Positions 31,052 through 42,523 of a stretch of DNA of 64,000 nt are shown piece by piece. The notes below the pieces were generated by a model. That model was not told where the DNA came from and ran no database searches. It worked only from the letters and a program-made list of their open reading frames with translations. Both the position numbers and the translations under genes were made by a program. The first letter of the stretch is position 1. Each line of letters starts with the position of its first letter. This DNA comes from Syntrophales bacterium. GTDB lineage: Bacteria > Desulfobacterota > Syntrophia > Syntrophales > PHBD01. Where the stretch lies: positions 1,312,001 through 1,376,000 of the forward strand of contig OY764159.1 of the NCBI GenBank assembly GCA_963668175.1. The letters run 5' to 3'.

Positions 31052-32406
31052 CAGGTTCGGGAAAGAACGTCGCCGGATATCTCGCCCGCCATGCCGAACC
31101 CGATAATCGACCGTTTCATGCCGGGTCCCTGGAAGGCATAGAGCGTGCGGTCGTCATTCCGGCCCTCGCCGAGTTCGACTCGCTTTTTGACACGCTGGCC
31201 TCTCTCGCGCTAAATCCGTCGGAGGATCTTTCCCGGACGCTCGTTATCTGCGTCGTCAACAACAGGAGGCGGGAGGTGTGCGATCCCGCCGATTATCGGA
31301 ACAACCAGGCCACCCTGGCCCTGCTTTCCGCCCTGATTCGCGGAGAAGATGTGAGAAGTGCTGCGGACCCGACGGCGGATCTTCGCCTCATCCGGGAGAG
31401 CGGTCTGCGTCTGGCCTGTGTCGATGCGTCGTCGGAAGGGTGTGAGCTGCCCGACAAGGATGCCGGAGTAGGACTGGCCAGGAAAATCGGTATGGACAAG
31501 GCTTTGCGGCTCTTCGGCCCTGATGGCTGGGCGAAACTGGTCTGTTGCCTGGATGCCGATACAAAGGTGGCGGCCGATTATCTGCCTCAAGTCACAAGGG
31601 GCTTTGCTCGGGCGAACAGGCCGGCGGCCGCCGCCGTAGCCTATGCCCACGAAAGGCCCGCCGATCCTGAGTTTGCAGCGGCCATCCTGAATTATGAGAT
31701 ATATCTCCGTTATTACGTTTGCGGCCTTCAGTACGCAGGCTCGCCCTATGCCTTTCACTCGATCGGCTCGGCGATGGCCGTAACGGCCGGTGCTTACGCC
31801 TCCGTCAGGGGGATCAACAGACTGGAAGCCGCTGAGGATTTCTACTTTTTAAACAAGCTGGCCAAGGTCGGCCCCGTTGCGAGGATCGATACGACGCGAG
31901 TCTATCCCGCCGCCAGAGTGTCCGCGCGGGTCCCTTTCGGGACGGGGCGGCGCATGATCCGATCCCTCGCGGGCGACCATGACGGAAGCCGGCTTTATCA
32001 TCCCCGTATCTTTCTCATTCTGGCGCAGTGGCTGGCCGCAGTCGCCGGCGATCCCGACCGGAGCGGCAGCCTCATTTGCGCCGAGGCTGCAGGCATCCAC
32101 CAAACCCTGTCCGATTTTCTCTCTGCGCGGGCCTTTCCCGACACCTGGGAAAAGATCAGAAGGAACAGCCGGAATGTCGCTTTCCTCAATCGCCAGTTCC
32201 ACGCCTGGTTTGACGGCTTTTTGACGCTGAAGCTGATTCATTGGCTGAACGATCACGCCTTTCCGCCAGTAGCCATGGAAGAAGGACTGCGGGATCTCTT
32301 CGAGGCGATGGGCGTGACGCCGCCCGCCCCCTTGCGGTTCGGCAGGACCGTCTCCGGCGATAAGGGATGGGCGATGCTGCAAATGCTGCGGCGTCTTGCG
32401 CCCTGA
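31048..32406 (+). CDS. Putative GT-A fold glycosyltransferase
   Basis: VVIPA, GVGLARKIGMD, LDAD (DxD), HSIGS, AAEDFYFL, R.S.RVPFGTG; ATGA overlap with miaA. Confidence 0.7.
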   Translation: MTGSGKNVAGYLARHAEPDNRPFHAGSLEGIERAVVIPALAEFDSLFDTLASLALNPSEDLSRTLVICVVNNRRREVCDPADYRNNQATLALLSALIRGEDVRSAADPTADLRLIRESGLRLACVDASSEGCELPDKDAGVGLARKIGMDKALRLFGPDGWAKLVCCLDADTKVAADYLPQVTRGFARANRPAAAAVAYAHERPADPEFAAAILNYEIYLRYYVCGLQYAGSPYAFHSIGSAMAVTAGAYASVRGINRLEAAEDFYFLNKLAKVGPVARIDTTRVYPAARVSARVPFGTGRRMIRSLAGDHDGSRLYHPRIFLILAQWLAAVAGDPDRSGSLICAEAAGIHQTLSDFLSARAFPDTWEKIRRNSRNVAFLNRQFHAWFDGFLTLKLIHWLNDHAFPPVAMEEGLRDLFEAMGVTPPAPLRFGRTVSGDKGWAMLQMLRRLAP

Positions 32407-32609
32407 GCATTTCCGGCCACGACGAACGATTTATGTCCTTGACGAAGCAGTATCTTTTGAATATAAGATGATGAATTGAATAAGTCATCTGCCAACGAAG
32501 CCATGCACCGTTGCCTTTGTCTCGGAGGCAGCGTATTTTTCCGGCCGCGTCTCATGATCGCGGTCTTGCTGCATATGAGGCGGCCGGATCTATCCCCGGG
32601 AGGATTAAG

Positions 32610-33758
32610 ATGAAAAAGCGGAACACGTTCCGTCTTGCAGTTGCGGTGTTGAGTCTGTGTTTAATATTGCTCGGAGGTTGCGGCAAGGAAGATGCGCCCA
32701 AGGTCGCCGACGCGCCGAAGACAGAGGTCCCTCAACCGTTGCCCTTGACGACGAATCCGGCGGCCGGACAGGTCGCAGCAACGACGCCGGCAGGAACGAC
32801 ACCGGTGGGAACGACACCGGCGGGGACCACTCCGACGGCTGCTGCCAAGCCGGCGAATATGTCCGAAGTCATCCTGGAAATCGACGGCACCAAGCTGACG
32901 CGGGGCCGGATTGAGAGCGACCTCAAGAAGAAGCTGGCCGCCGTCAAGGAACGGATTCCGGCCAACCAGATGGAGCAGGCGAAGACGACCTTGAGGAAAC
33001 GCGTGGTTGAGGACTTCATTATTCGGACTCTGCTTTCCGACGAGATCAAGCGGAAAAAGATTACGGCGACGGAGAAAGAAGTTGCGGAAGGCCTGGAGTC
33101 CATCAAGAAAGGCCTGCCGCCCGGTGCGACCCTGGAAGATATGATGCAGAAGAATCAGGTTACGAAGGAGCAGATGAACGAGGAAATCGCCATGGGCATC
33201 AAGGTCAAGAAACTCGTTCTTGCATCCATGGCCGGCAAGAAGAAGCCGACGAACAAAGAGATCACCGATTTCTACAAGAAGAACAAGGACAAATTCATGA
33301 CGCCGGAGACGGCCCGGGCCAGCCATATTCTCATTCAGGTGGAACCCGGCGACGACGCAAAGGTGAAGGCGGAAAAGAAGGCGAGGGCGGAAGACCTGCG
33401 CAAACAGTTGTTAGCCGGTGCGAATTTCGAGGAACTGGCAGCGAAATACTCCAATTGCCCCAGCGCCAAAAACGGGGGTGATCTCGGCGTTTTCGCCCGC
33501 GGTCAGATGGTCAAGCCCTTCGACGATGTTGCCTTCTCACAGAAGATCGGCGAGATCAGCCCCGTCGTCCAAACGGAATTCGGCTATCATATCATCAAAG
33601 TGAAGGAGCGAAGTGCTCCGAAGCTGATGCCGCTGGACAAGGACAACAGGGCAAAAATTGCCGCTTTCCTGGAAGGCCAGAGGCAGCAGGAGGCGTTCGG
33701 GGCATTGATCAAAAGTCTGCGGGAAAAGTCGAACATCGTTGTTTACAAGGAACCCTGA
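32610..33758 (+). CDS. Parvulin/PpiC-type peptidyl-prolyl isomerase lipoprotein (SurA/PrsA-like)
   Basis: Lipobox LLGGC, ASHILI, FEELAAKYS, GGDLG.F.RGQMV.PF, TEFGYHII. Confidence 0.92.
   Translation: MKKRNTFRLAVAVLSLCLILLGGCGKEDAPKVADAPKTEVPQPLPLTTNPAAGQVAATTPAGTTPVGTTPAGTTPTAAAKPANMSEVILEIDGTKLTRGRIESDLKKKLAAVKERIPANQMEQAKTTLRKRVVEDFIIRTLLSDEIKRKKITATEKEVAEGLESIKKGLPPGATLEDMMQKNQVTKEQMNEEIAMGIKVKKLVLASMAGKKKPTNKEITDFYKKNKDKFMTPETARASHILIQVEPGDDAKVKAEKKARAEDLRKQLLAGANFEELAAKYSNCPSAKNGGDLGVFARGQMVKPFDDVAFSQKIGEISPVVQTEFGYHIIKVKERSAPKLMPLDKDNRAKIAAFLEGQRQQEAFGALIKSLREKSNIVVYKEP
32781..32840 (+). repeat. Intragenic 15-bp tandem repeat x4 (TTPAG/TTPVG linker)
   Basis: ACGACGCCGGCAGGA / ACGACACCGGTGGGA / ACGACACCGGCGGGG / ACCACTCCGACGGCT. 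Confidence 0.85.
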
Positions 33759-33778
33759 CGTGCAGGAGGTAACGGCGA

Positions 33779-35054
<1,276 letters not shown>

Positions 35055-35150
35055 TGCGTTCTGTAAAGTCGCAGCTCCCGCGCAACAGAGGCGTTGAAAT
35101 TTGACGATCGGCTCGCACAGGGATATCGAAAAATCATTCAGGAGATGAAG

Positions 35151-35528
35151 ATGACAAACGAAGAAGAGTCAGGAAAGCAGAAGGTCAAGATCAACCTGCA
35201 GAATCTTTTTATGGAAGAGGTCTTTACCGATTTGAGGGTGGCCAATATCCGCAGGCTCACACCGGTCAAACCGAACGGGGAGGCCGACAAAACACGGGAG
35301 GTCATGTACATAGGCCAGACGCAGCTGATGTCGCCCCACGGGCCCGTACCCATTTCCTTCCCGATTGAAGCCAAAAGCCTTCAGCAGGCCATCGAAAAGT
35401 TTCCCGCCGTCATGGAGCAGTTTGTGGATAAGATCATGGCGGAGGCAAGGGAGATGCAGCGCCAGGAACAATCACGGATCATCGTTCCCGAGGCGGGTGT
35501 CGGCGACAGCGGCCTTATCCTGAAATAA
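35151..35528 (+). CDS. Conserved hypothetical cytoplasmic protein
   Basis: NLF.EEVFTDL.V..IRRLTPV, GQTQLMSP.GPVPI.FPIEA, SRIIVP; GGAG RBS. Confidence 0.75.
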   Translation: MTNEEESGKQKVKINLQNLFMEEVFTDLRVANIRRLTPVKPNGEADKTREVMYIGQTQLMSPHGPVPISFPIEAKSLQQAIEKFPAVMEQFVDKIMAEAREMQRQEQSRIIVPEAGVGDSGLILK

Positions 35529-35748
35529 CAGGAATCTGCGCTGCGTTTGGCGGCAGGGTCCGGCCAAATGAAGGGTCGCGGCCGTCTTCAGCCCGGGGCT
35601 GCGGCCCCCTATGCAGGGGGCGGCACCTGAAGGTGATAAACAGCGGGGAATGAGGCATACATAGAAGTATGTCTTGACTGCGCTTGCCCCCTATGCAGGG
35701 GGCGCAGCGGCGCAACGCGACAGATGGGCGTTTTTCAATAGTCTGCTA
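35520..35748. mobile_element. Non-autonomous MITE/REP-like element, copy 2
   Basis: Right end CAGATGGGCGTTTTTCAATAGTCTGCTA matches copy 1; shares CACCTGAAGGTGA; GCCCCCTATGCAGGGGGC occurs twice; left boundary approximate. Confidence 0.65.
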
Positions 35749-36120
35749 GGCGTATCCGAGTTCGTGCAGCCTTTCTTCGCTGATCCCGAGGAAGTGGGCG
35801 ATTTCATGCACCACTGTGATTTCGATCTGTTCTTCCAAATCCTCCAGGGTATCGCAGAAGTCTTCCAGGGGTTCCTGAAAGATAAAAATGGTGTTGGGGT
35901 AAAGCGGGGGATAGGTTTCCGTATAATCCAGACGGGAGTTTCCCCAGAAAAGGCCCAGCGGCAGTTCGCCGGCAGGCATCTGCATGCTGCGCAGCATCTC
36001 CCGGGATGGCCGCTTCCTGACGGTAATCATCGTGTTGTCCAGATGCTGGCGGATTTCATCGGGAATGCGGCGGATCGCGCGTCTGACCGCCTTATCGAAC
36101 GCTTTTTCGCTCAGTTTCAT
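35746..36120 (-). CDS. Zincin-like metallopeptidase (DUF1025 type)
   Basis: LGLFWG, I.IFQ.PL, TVVHEIAHFLGI.E.RL.ELGY. Confidence 0.85.
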   Translation of the reverse strand: MKLSEKAFDKAVRRAIRRIPDEIRQHLDNTMITVRKRPSREMLRSMQMPAGELPLGLFWGNSRLDYTETYPPLYPNTIFIFQEPLEDFCDTLEDLEEQIEITVVHEIAHFLGISEERLHELGYA

Positions 36121-36178
36121 CGCTGCCGGAATCCTCGCCGTCATAAACGGCGGCCAAGCCCGGATCGGTGCTTCAATC

Positions 36179-36481
36179 CTACGCCTTCTGCAGGAACATG
36201 GGCGGCACCTGGGCGGGAAAAACCTCGATTTTCTGCCACACATTCCCGATCACGTAAGGCTCCGTTTTGAGCCAGGCATCGACGTCATTGCGGGAAGGAA
36301 AATCGACGACCATGAGCGAGCCGATCATCTTCCCCTGCTCGCTGAGCATGGCGACGCCGTAAATGGCCTTGCCTTCGGCCTTCATCTTGACGACCCCGGC
36401 GAGGTGGTTTTCCCGTACCGCCATCCGTCTTTCCTGGGCCTTGTCGTCCGACCCGTCATAACCGATTACGAGAAATTGCAT
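36179..36481 (-). CDS. YciI-family protein
   Basis: R..VR.NHL, GSL.VVDF, W...EPY...VW; GAGG RBS. Confidence 0.85.
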   Translation of the reverse strand: MQFLVIGYDGSDDKAQERRMAVRENHLAGVVKMKAEGKAIYGVAMLSEQGKMIGSLMVVDFPSRNDVDAWLKTEPYVIGNVWQKIEVFPAQVPPMFLQKA

Positions 36482-36869
36482 GAAGCCCCTCCTTGAATGA
36501 ATCTTCTTTATTAATAGCACTTTTCCGTTTAAAAGAACACGTAGAAAAAGGCTTGCTGCCTTCATGAGCCCACCCGCGGACCCGGTTGACGGCGGGGTGT
36601 CCGGACGAATGGTCTCTTGTACGGTGCCGATACAAGCTTTTTTTATGTTCATGATGGAAATCTTGATAAAAATAGTGTAGAGATGCCCCCATACAATGAC
36701 CAGATTGTCTGCAATTGTCTGCAAACGGTTTCGAGGTTGGTAGAACAACATCTTCAAGGCAATAGGGGGGTAGACACGCCGCAAGGTGTGTCCCTGAGGG
36801 TACGGACCGAAGCTTCAGCCTTCTGGACAGGTCGCTGGGATCAAATGAATTTGATGGAGGGAGGTCCGC

Positions 36870-37961
36870 ATGAGGCGCCATATGCCCAAAGACTTAGTGG
36901 CCCATGTAGCGAAAAACGTCCTTGTTGCCCTTGCCGAACGTAAGATTCCGCTGTATCCGGAAAATTACCTGGTCTGGTTCGATTACTATCTCGGCATCAA
37001 CAGGGACCTCGTCGAGGATGTCAATCTGCACCTTGAGAAAGGGATTCCCTTTTCTGAGGAAATCAACAAGGAACTCTATCTCAAGCATTTCGGGTCGGAG
37101 AAGAACGCGGAGCTTCTGGAAAGCGCGCAAAAGGAAATCCAGCAGCTTCTAAAAGATGTCCTCGATGAAATCCTCTATACCCAGAATTTTACTTCTGAAT
37201 ACCGGGAAAAACTCAAACAGGTAACAATTGAGATCGAGGTGGCCAAAGAGATGTCGGAGATCCGCAAGATCGTCTCCGACTTGATGCACGCAACCGTGGA
37301 AGTTATTCAGGCCAGCGAATACCTCAAGGAGCGGCTGGAAGATACCACGCGTAAATCGGAAGTCCTCCAGAGGGAGCTGAACAAGGCTCAACAGGAGAAT
37401 CTCTTCGATCAACTGACCAACCTATACAACCGCAAGGCTTTCGAGAAGAGGATACGGGAATATCTGAAGACCTTCAAAAGCGGTGGCAAGCTATTCTCGG
37501 TTGTCATGTTCGATATCGATCATTTCAAGCAATTCAACGATCAGCACGGGCATCAGTTGGGCGACCAAGTGCTCCGGTTCGTCGGGGCCTTCCTGAACAA
37601 GGAATTGAAAGGAAAGGATTTTGCCGCGCGCTACGGCGGCGAGGAATTCGTCATCCTCCTTGTGGGTACGGCGGCGGACAAGGCCGTCCTCGTCGCCAAC
37701 AACATCCGCAAAAGCCTGTCCGATGTCCAGCTCCGTCACGTCAAAACGGGCACGGTCCTGGGCCGGGTAACCATCAGCGCCGGCGTATCGGCTGTCCGCG
37801 AAGACGACGCGGTGGAATCCCTGGTGAAGAGAGCCGACGACGCCTTGTATCTTGCGAAGCAGAGCGGGCGGAACAACGTTAAAGCAGAGATGGACCTTTC
37901 CCCCGAATATGCCGTTCCGGAGGCCGTCAACCCGTTTATGGTCGAATTCCTGAAGGCCTGA
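36870..37961 (+). CDS. Diguanylate cyclase (GGDEF domain)
   Basis: DQLTNLYNR, DIDHFKQFND.HGH..GD, ARYGGEEF, ADDALY.AK..GRN. Confidence 0.93.
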   Translation: MRRHMPKDLVAHVAKNVLVALAERKIPLYPENYLVWFDYYLGINRDLVEDVNLHLEKGIPFSEEINKELYLKHFGSEKNAELLESAQKEIQQLLKDVLDEILYTQNFTSEYREKLKQVTIEIEVAKEMSEIRKIVSDLMHATVEVIQASEYLKERLEDTTRKSEVLQRELNKAQQENLFDQLTNLYNRKAFEKRIREYLKTFKSGGKLFSVVMFDIDHFKQFNDQHGHQLGDQVLRFVGAFLNKELKGKDFAARYGGEEFVILLVGTAADKAVLVANNIRKSLSDVQLRHVKTGTVLGRVTISAGVSAVREDDAVESLVKRADDALYLAKQSGRNNVKAEMDLSPEYAVPEAVNPFMVEFLKA

Positions 37962-37989
37962 GCTTTCCGCATCGCGGATGCGGATACCC

Positions 37990-38262
37990 TTACAGTCGCT
38001 TCTTGCTCCGCCGGTCGAGGGCTTCGGCGATAACGGGGAGGAGCAGGATGCCGAAGGGCATGACGGCGACAGCGAGAACAGGGATGTAGAATGACAAGCG
38101 GAACAGATGGGACTTGAGTTTACGGATTTCTTCGGCCGTCCATCTTTCCCCCGTGTTTCTCTGTTTCATCAATAGGTTGTAGAAATCCTGCATGCGGCCG
38201 GCCTCTTCGTGGACCAGAGACCGGTTCTTCGAGACCTGTTTTCTTATCAACTCGGCAAACAC
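37990..38262 (-). CDS. Hypothetical small membrane-associated protein
   Basis: LLMKQRNTG.RWT.EE motif plus hydrophobic C-terminal segment; AGGA RBS. Confidence 0.7.
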   Translation of the reverse strand: MFAELIRKQVSKNRSLVHEEAGRMQDFYNLLMKQRNTGERWTAEEIRKLKSHLFRLSFYIPVLAVAVMPFGILLLPVIAEALDRRSKKRL

Positions 38263-38475
38263 TGACGGTCGTTTCCTTCCTGACCCGATCTATTAGAAGC
38301 CAAGATGCGCGACGGCGCATGCGATTCGTTTCTATCTATTCCACCTTCCCGGGTGTGACGTTCGGCAATCCCAGGATTCGGGAAGTCTTCCGGGGCGGCT
38401 GGTCCTGCAGCGGCACCTTGTCCGGCATTCTGCCGCCTGTCCGAGAACAGCTGCGAATAGATCCGTATCTACCTA

Positions 38476-40503
38476 TTACGGTTGGCAGTAGATGCGGTAA
38501 TCCACAACGGAGACTCCTTTTTCGTAGACCAGGACCGGGTTGAGGTCGATCTGCTCGATCTCCGGATGGTCTTGGATCAGCCGGGATAGCGATTTCATCA
38601 GGGCGATGAGCGCCGCCTCGTCCTTGGGTTTGCTTCCCCTGATGCCTGCCAGCAGCGGGTATCCCTTGACGGCCCGGATCATCTGCCGGAATTCCTTCTC
38701 CGATGCCGGCAACAGGCAGAACTGGACGTCCCGGTATACTTCCGTGAAAATTCCTCCCATCCCGAACATGAGCGTGGGACCGTACTGCGGGTCCTTGTTC
38801 ATGCCGAGGATGATCTCGACGGCGCCCGGTTTGGCCATGGGCGATACCGTGACCCCGTCGAGCGCCGCCTTCGGCAGGTGTTTCTTCACGCTTTTCATGA
38901 TCTGCGAGTATGCGTCGCGTACCGCCTTCTGCCCCGCGAGATTCAGGACGACCCCGCCGACGTCGCTCTTGTGGGAGATGTCGCCGGAGGCGATCTTCAG
39001 GGCGACGGGCTTGCCGTATCTTTTGGCCAGATCCGCCGCTTCCTTGGCCGTGACGGCCATCTTGGCCTCCAAGGCGGGTATGGCATAACGTTTCAGAAGA
39101 GCGACGGCCTTCCCGTACGGCATTAATTGGAGGGTCGTGACTGCGGCATGGGCGGCCGATGCTTTCCTTGTCCGTGCCGGTTCGTTGAAACGGACCATCT
39201 GGTAGAGGGCCCGGATGCCCCGTTCCGGCGTGGGATAGACGGGTATGCCCTTTTCGTGCATCTTTTTGGTTTCCTCCCGCTCCACGTCGGCCCCGCCGCA
39301 GTAGACGATCACCTCTCCCCGGCCCGTAACGATGTCCGAGGCCCCGTGGATTGGATCGCCGAAGATGACGACGCTGACGTCGTAATCGGATTTGGCCGCC
39401 GCGATGACCCTGGAATAGAGGCTGGGGTCGGAGATGGCGTCGCCCGTAAGGTCGATGGGGTTGCTCACGCCGCAGTGGGCCGGCAGAAACGCCCGCAGGC
39501 GTTCCTTGAGCGCCGGGGAGGGGGCCGGGTTCGTGAACCCCAGCTTTTCCGCTTCATCTATGGCGAGTATCGCCGCGCCGCCGGAACTGGAGATGTTCAA
39601 GAGCCGCCTGCCGGGCGGTTTTTCCATGTAAGCCAGGGCTTTCGCGAAGTCGTAAAGCTCTTCAAGGCTGTCGGCCCGGTGGATCTTGTATTTCCTGAAG
39701 ATGGCCTCGTAGACGGCGTCCGCGCCGGCCATCGACTTGGTATGACTCTCGGCCGCGACTCGTCCGCGGGGGGTCCGTCCGGCCTTCATGATCACGATGG
39801 GCTTATCCGCTTTGGCCAGGCAGTCGAGAAAGACGGCGGGCCTTTTAACGCCTTCAATATAGAGGGCGATGACTTTCGTGTTCGGATCATCGTTGAAGTA
39901 GCGGATACAGTCCGATTCGTCCACGTCGGCCCTGTTTCCCAGGCTGACAAAGACGCTGAAACCCAGGCGGTCCTGTCCCGCCCAGTCGATGAGGGCGGCG
40001 CCGACCGTGCCGCTCTGAGAGATGAAGGCGATTTTGCCTCGCTCGGTGATGAGCGGCCATGAGGCGCAGAGACGGGCGTGAGGGTGGTTGACACCCTGGC
40101 AGTTGGGGCCGATCAGCCGCACGCCGTACCGGCCGGCGACGTGGGCCAGTTCCTTCTGGAGCTTCTCCCCTTCGTCCCCGGCTTCGGCGAATCCGCCGGT
40201 GACGATGACGGCGGACTTGATCCCGATCTTGCCGCATTCGGCGATGGCGTCAGGGACCATCCGTGCGGGAATGACGATGACAGCCATGTCGGGCGGAGAG
40301 GGGAGGGAGGCGATATCCTTGAACGCGGGCAGTCCCAGGATTTCATCGGCCTTGGGATTGACCGGGTAGATCGGTCCCGTAAATCCGGCGTTGACCAGGT
40401 TGTACAGGATGTCGTAACCGAGCTTTCCCGGCGTGGCCGAGGCCCCGATCATGGCAACGCTTTTCGGTTGAAAAACAGCATCGAGACTATTCTTCGACTT
40501 CAT
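38476..40503 (-). CDS. ADP-forming acetate/acyl-CoA ligase, alpha-beta fusion
   Basis: CoA-binding domain (IGAS..PGK.G, GPNC.G, SQSG), SHT phospho-His, NPIDLTG, ATP-grasp (HKSDVGGV, DPQYGP, DLNP). Confidence 0.9.
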   Translation of the reverse strand: MKSKNSLDAVFQPKSVAMIGASATPGKLGYDILYNLVNAGFTGPIYPVNPKADEILGLPAFKDIASLPSPPDMAVIVIPARMVPDAIAECGKIGIKSAVIVTGGFAEAGDEGEKLQKELAHVAGRYGVRLIGPNCQGVNHPHARLCASWPLITERGKIAFISQSGTVGAALIDWAGQDRLGFSVFVSLGNRADVDESDCIRYFNDDPNTKVIALYIEGVKRPAVFLDCLAKADKPIVIMKAGRTPRGRVAAESHTKSMAGADAVYEAIFRKYKIHRADSLEELYDFAKALAYMEKPPGRRLLNISSSGGAAILAIDEAEKLGFTNPAPSPALKERLRAFLPAHCGVSNPIDLTGDAISDPSLYSRVIAAAKSDYDVSVVIFGDPIHGASDIVTGRGEVIVYCGGADVEREETKKMHEKGIPVYPTPERGIRALYQMVRFNEPARTRKASAAHAAVTTLQLMPYGKAVALLKRYAIPALEAKMAVTAKEAADLAKRYGKPVALKIASGDISHKSDVGGVVLNLAGQKAVRDAYSQIMKSVKKHLPKAALDGVTVSPMAKPGAVEIILGMNKDPQYGPTLMFGMGGIFTEVYRDVQFCLLPASEKEFRQMIRAVKGYPLLAGIRGSKPKDEAALIALMKSLSRLIQDHPEIEQIDLNPVLVYEKGVSVVDYRIYCQP

Positions 40504-40660
40504 ATCTCCTCCTTATTAAGGGTTATGGCGGGAAGCGAATAGAGTTTGATGCTTGTAGACGGAGATGCATCCTATCACAGGGCGACGTCATTTTCTACGG
40601 GAAATAAAGGGGAATCGGCCATTACGGCGGCGGAAGCAGGATTATGGGATAACAGCAGGC

Positions 40661-40690
40661 GCAGGACCGGCGGCTAGACGCCGGTCCTGC
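40661..40690 (-). terminator. Hairpin downstream of panB (probable terminator)
   Basis: Perfect 12-bp stem GCAGGACCGGCG/CGCCGGTCCTGC; weak U tract. Confidence 0.55.
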
Positions 40691-40710
40691 ATCCGTGCCG
40701 TTTCATATGT

Positions 40711-41529
40711 TCAGGCGAAGGAATGTTCCTTGTCGGGGAAGATGCCCTTTTTGACTTCGTCGATGTAGCCGGAGACCGCCGCCTGCATTTGAACGTTAAT
40801 CTGCCCGTACTTCTTGACGAACTTCGGAGTGAACCGGTCGAACATCCCCAGCATGTCGTGGAGGACGAGGACCTGCCCGTCGCAGTCGACGCCGCCCCCG
40901 ATGCCGATCGTCGGGATGGAGAGCGATTCGCTGATCTCCCTGCCGAGGCCGGAAGGAATGCATTCGAGGACGACGGAGAAGGCTCCGGCTTCCTCCAGGA
41001 TCTTGGCGTCCTCTTTTATCCGGGTCGCCGCTGCCGCCTCCTTGCCTTGCACCTTGTAACCGCCCAGTTGATGGACGGATTGGGGCGTCAGTCCCAGGTG
41101 GGCCATGACGGGAATCCCCGCCGCGGCAATCCGACGGGTCACTTCCGCAACCTCCCGGCCGCCCTCCAGCTTGACCGCCTGAGCCCCGGCCTCTTTGAGG
41201 AACCGGCCGGCGTTGCTCACCGCTTCGTCGACGGAACACTGGTAAGACATGAAGGGCATGTCCCCGATGACCAGGGCGCGCCGGGCCGCCCGGCAGACGG
41301 CTTTCGTATGATGGATCATGTCCTCCATCGTGACGGGGATCGTGCTGTCGTAGCCGAGGACGACCATCCCCAGGGAATCGCCTACCAGGATCATGTCCAC
41401 GCCCGCCTCGTCGACGATGGCTGCTGTGGGGTAGTCGTAAGCGGTCAACATCGTGATTTTCTCGCCCCGCTTCTTCATGTCGCGGACGGCTGCCGTCGTG
41501 ACCCTTGTGATCTTTACCTGTGTGCTCAT
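40711..41529 (-). CDS. panB: 3-methyl-2-oxobutanoate hydroxymethyltransferase
   Basis: MLTAYD, LVGDSLG, DMPF.SY, VKLEGG, HLGLTPQ, DGQVLV.HD. Confidence 0.97.
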   Translation of the reverse strand: MSTQVKITRVTTAAVRDMKKRGEKITMLTAYDYPTAAIVDEAGVDMILVGDSLGMVVLGYDSTIPVTMEDMIHHTKAVCRAARRALVIGDMPFMSYQCSVDEAVSNAGRFLKEAGAQAVKLEGGREVAEVTRRIAAAGIPVMAHLGLTPQSVHQLGGYKVQGKEAAAATRIKEDAKILEEAGAFSVVLECIPSGLGREISESLSIPTIGIGGGVDCDGQVLVLHDMLGMFDRFTPKFVKKYGQINVQMQAAVSGYIDEVKKGIFPDKEHSFA

Positions 41530-41533
41530 GCTA

Positions 41534-42424
41534 TTACCTCCCCCGGATTAATTTCAGAATTTGGGCCGCCCCCTCGGCGGACAGGCTTTTCTTTTCCAGA
41601 GCGATGCCGACCGTCAGCTCTCCAAGGACGCAATAGGCCTCAAGAAGATCGGGCAATTCGCTTCGGAGCGTTCGGATATGCTTCCTCACCGTTTCCACAT
41701 CGCCCCGGGCGATGGGGCCCGTCAGGGATTGAACGGTTCCTTTCGTTTCGATATTTTGCAGCGTACCGTGGAGAAGCGGCCGGATGGCCCGGACGGCGCT
41801 CTCCCGGTCCAGTCCGAAATGGCCGTACATGGTTTCCACGGTATGGATGAGGGTCGTGAGATAATTGGAGGCCATGCAGGCTGCGGCATGGTAGAGGGGC
41901 TTGTCCTTCTCGGCGATGAAGATGGGCGTGCCCTTCAGGTTTCTGACGAACGCGACGGCCCAGTCTCTGATCGCATCGTCGGCCGTCACCCCGAAGGTGC
42001 TGCCGGGGATATTTGCAACGGCTCCCTCGACGTCGGCGAAGGTCTGGATGGGATGGATGCTCGCCACGGCGCAGCCGCACTCCCTGGCTGCAGCCAGGAG
42101 ATCGAGCCCGCCGGCTCCGCTCATGTGGATGACCTTGCGGCCTGCCGCGAATCCCCCTTCTTCCGCAATGGTCCGGCAGACGGGCGCGATGGAGTCGTCT
42201 GCCGTCGTGATCAGTACGGTATCGGCGTCCCCGGCGGCTTCGGCGGCGCTTCGCGCCCGGCGGCCTCCCGTATAGCGGATGTGCTCTTCCATGGCCGACG
42301 GCAGCGGGTCGAAGACGGCGGTAATCTGGTATCCGGCTTCTTTCAGGAGATGACCCACGGCGGTGCCGACCTTTCCCAGGCCGACGATGGCAATCCTTTC
42401 TTTGTCGGAGTGTCGCTCCGTCAT
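41534..42424 (-). CDS. panG: Rossmann-like + DUF2520 protein, probable PanG-type ketopantoate reductase
   Basis: [35 protein letters not shown]; immediately upstream of panB under a pan leader. Confidence 0.8.
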   Translation of the reverse strand: MTERHSDKERIAIVGLGKVGTAVGHLLKEAGYQITAVFDPLPSAMEEHIRYTGGRRARSAAEAAGDADTVLITTADDSIAPVCRTIAEEGGFAAGRKVIHMSGAGGLDLLAAARECGCAVASIHPIQTFADVEGAVANIPGSTFGVTADDAIRDWAVAFVRNLKGTPIFIAEKDKPLYHAAACMASNYLTTLIHTVETMYGHFGLDRESAVRAIRPLLHGTLQNIETKGTVQSLTGPIARGDVETVRKHIRTLRSELPDLLEAYCVLGELTVGIALEKKSLSAEGAAQILKLIRGR

Positions 42425-42454
42425 GACCTTACCAGCCTCGTATCGAATGTAAAT

Positions 42455-42484
42455 AAAAAGCCTTCCGGACGCACGACGGAAGGC
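42455..42484 (-). terminator. Intrinsic terminator (attenuator) in the panG-panB leader
   Basis: Minus strand GCCTTCCG...CGGAAGGC followed by TTTTT. Confidence 0.85.
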
Positions 42485-42523
42485 CTCGAAGACGAAGTAT
42501 GGTTCAGCAGCAGGTTGGCCGTT

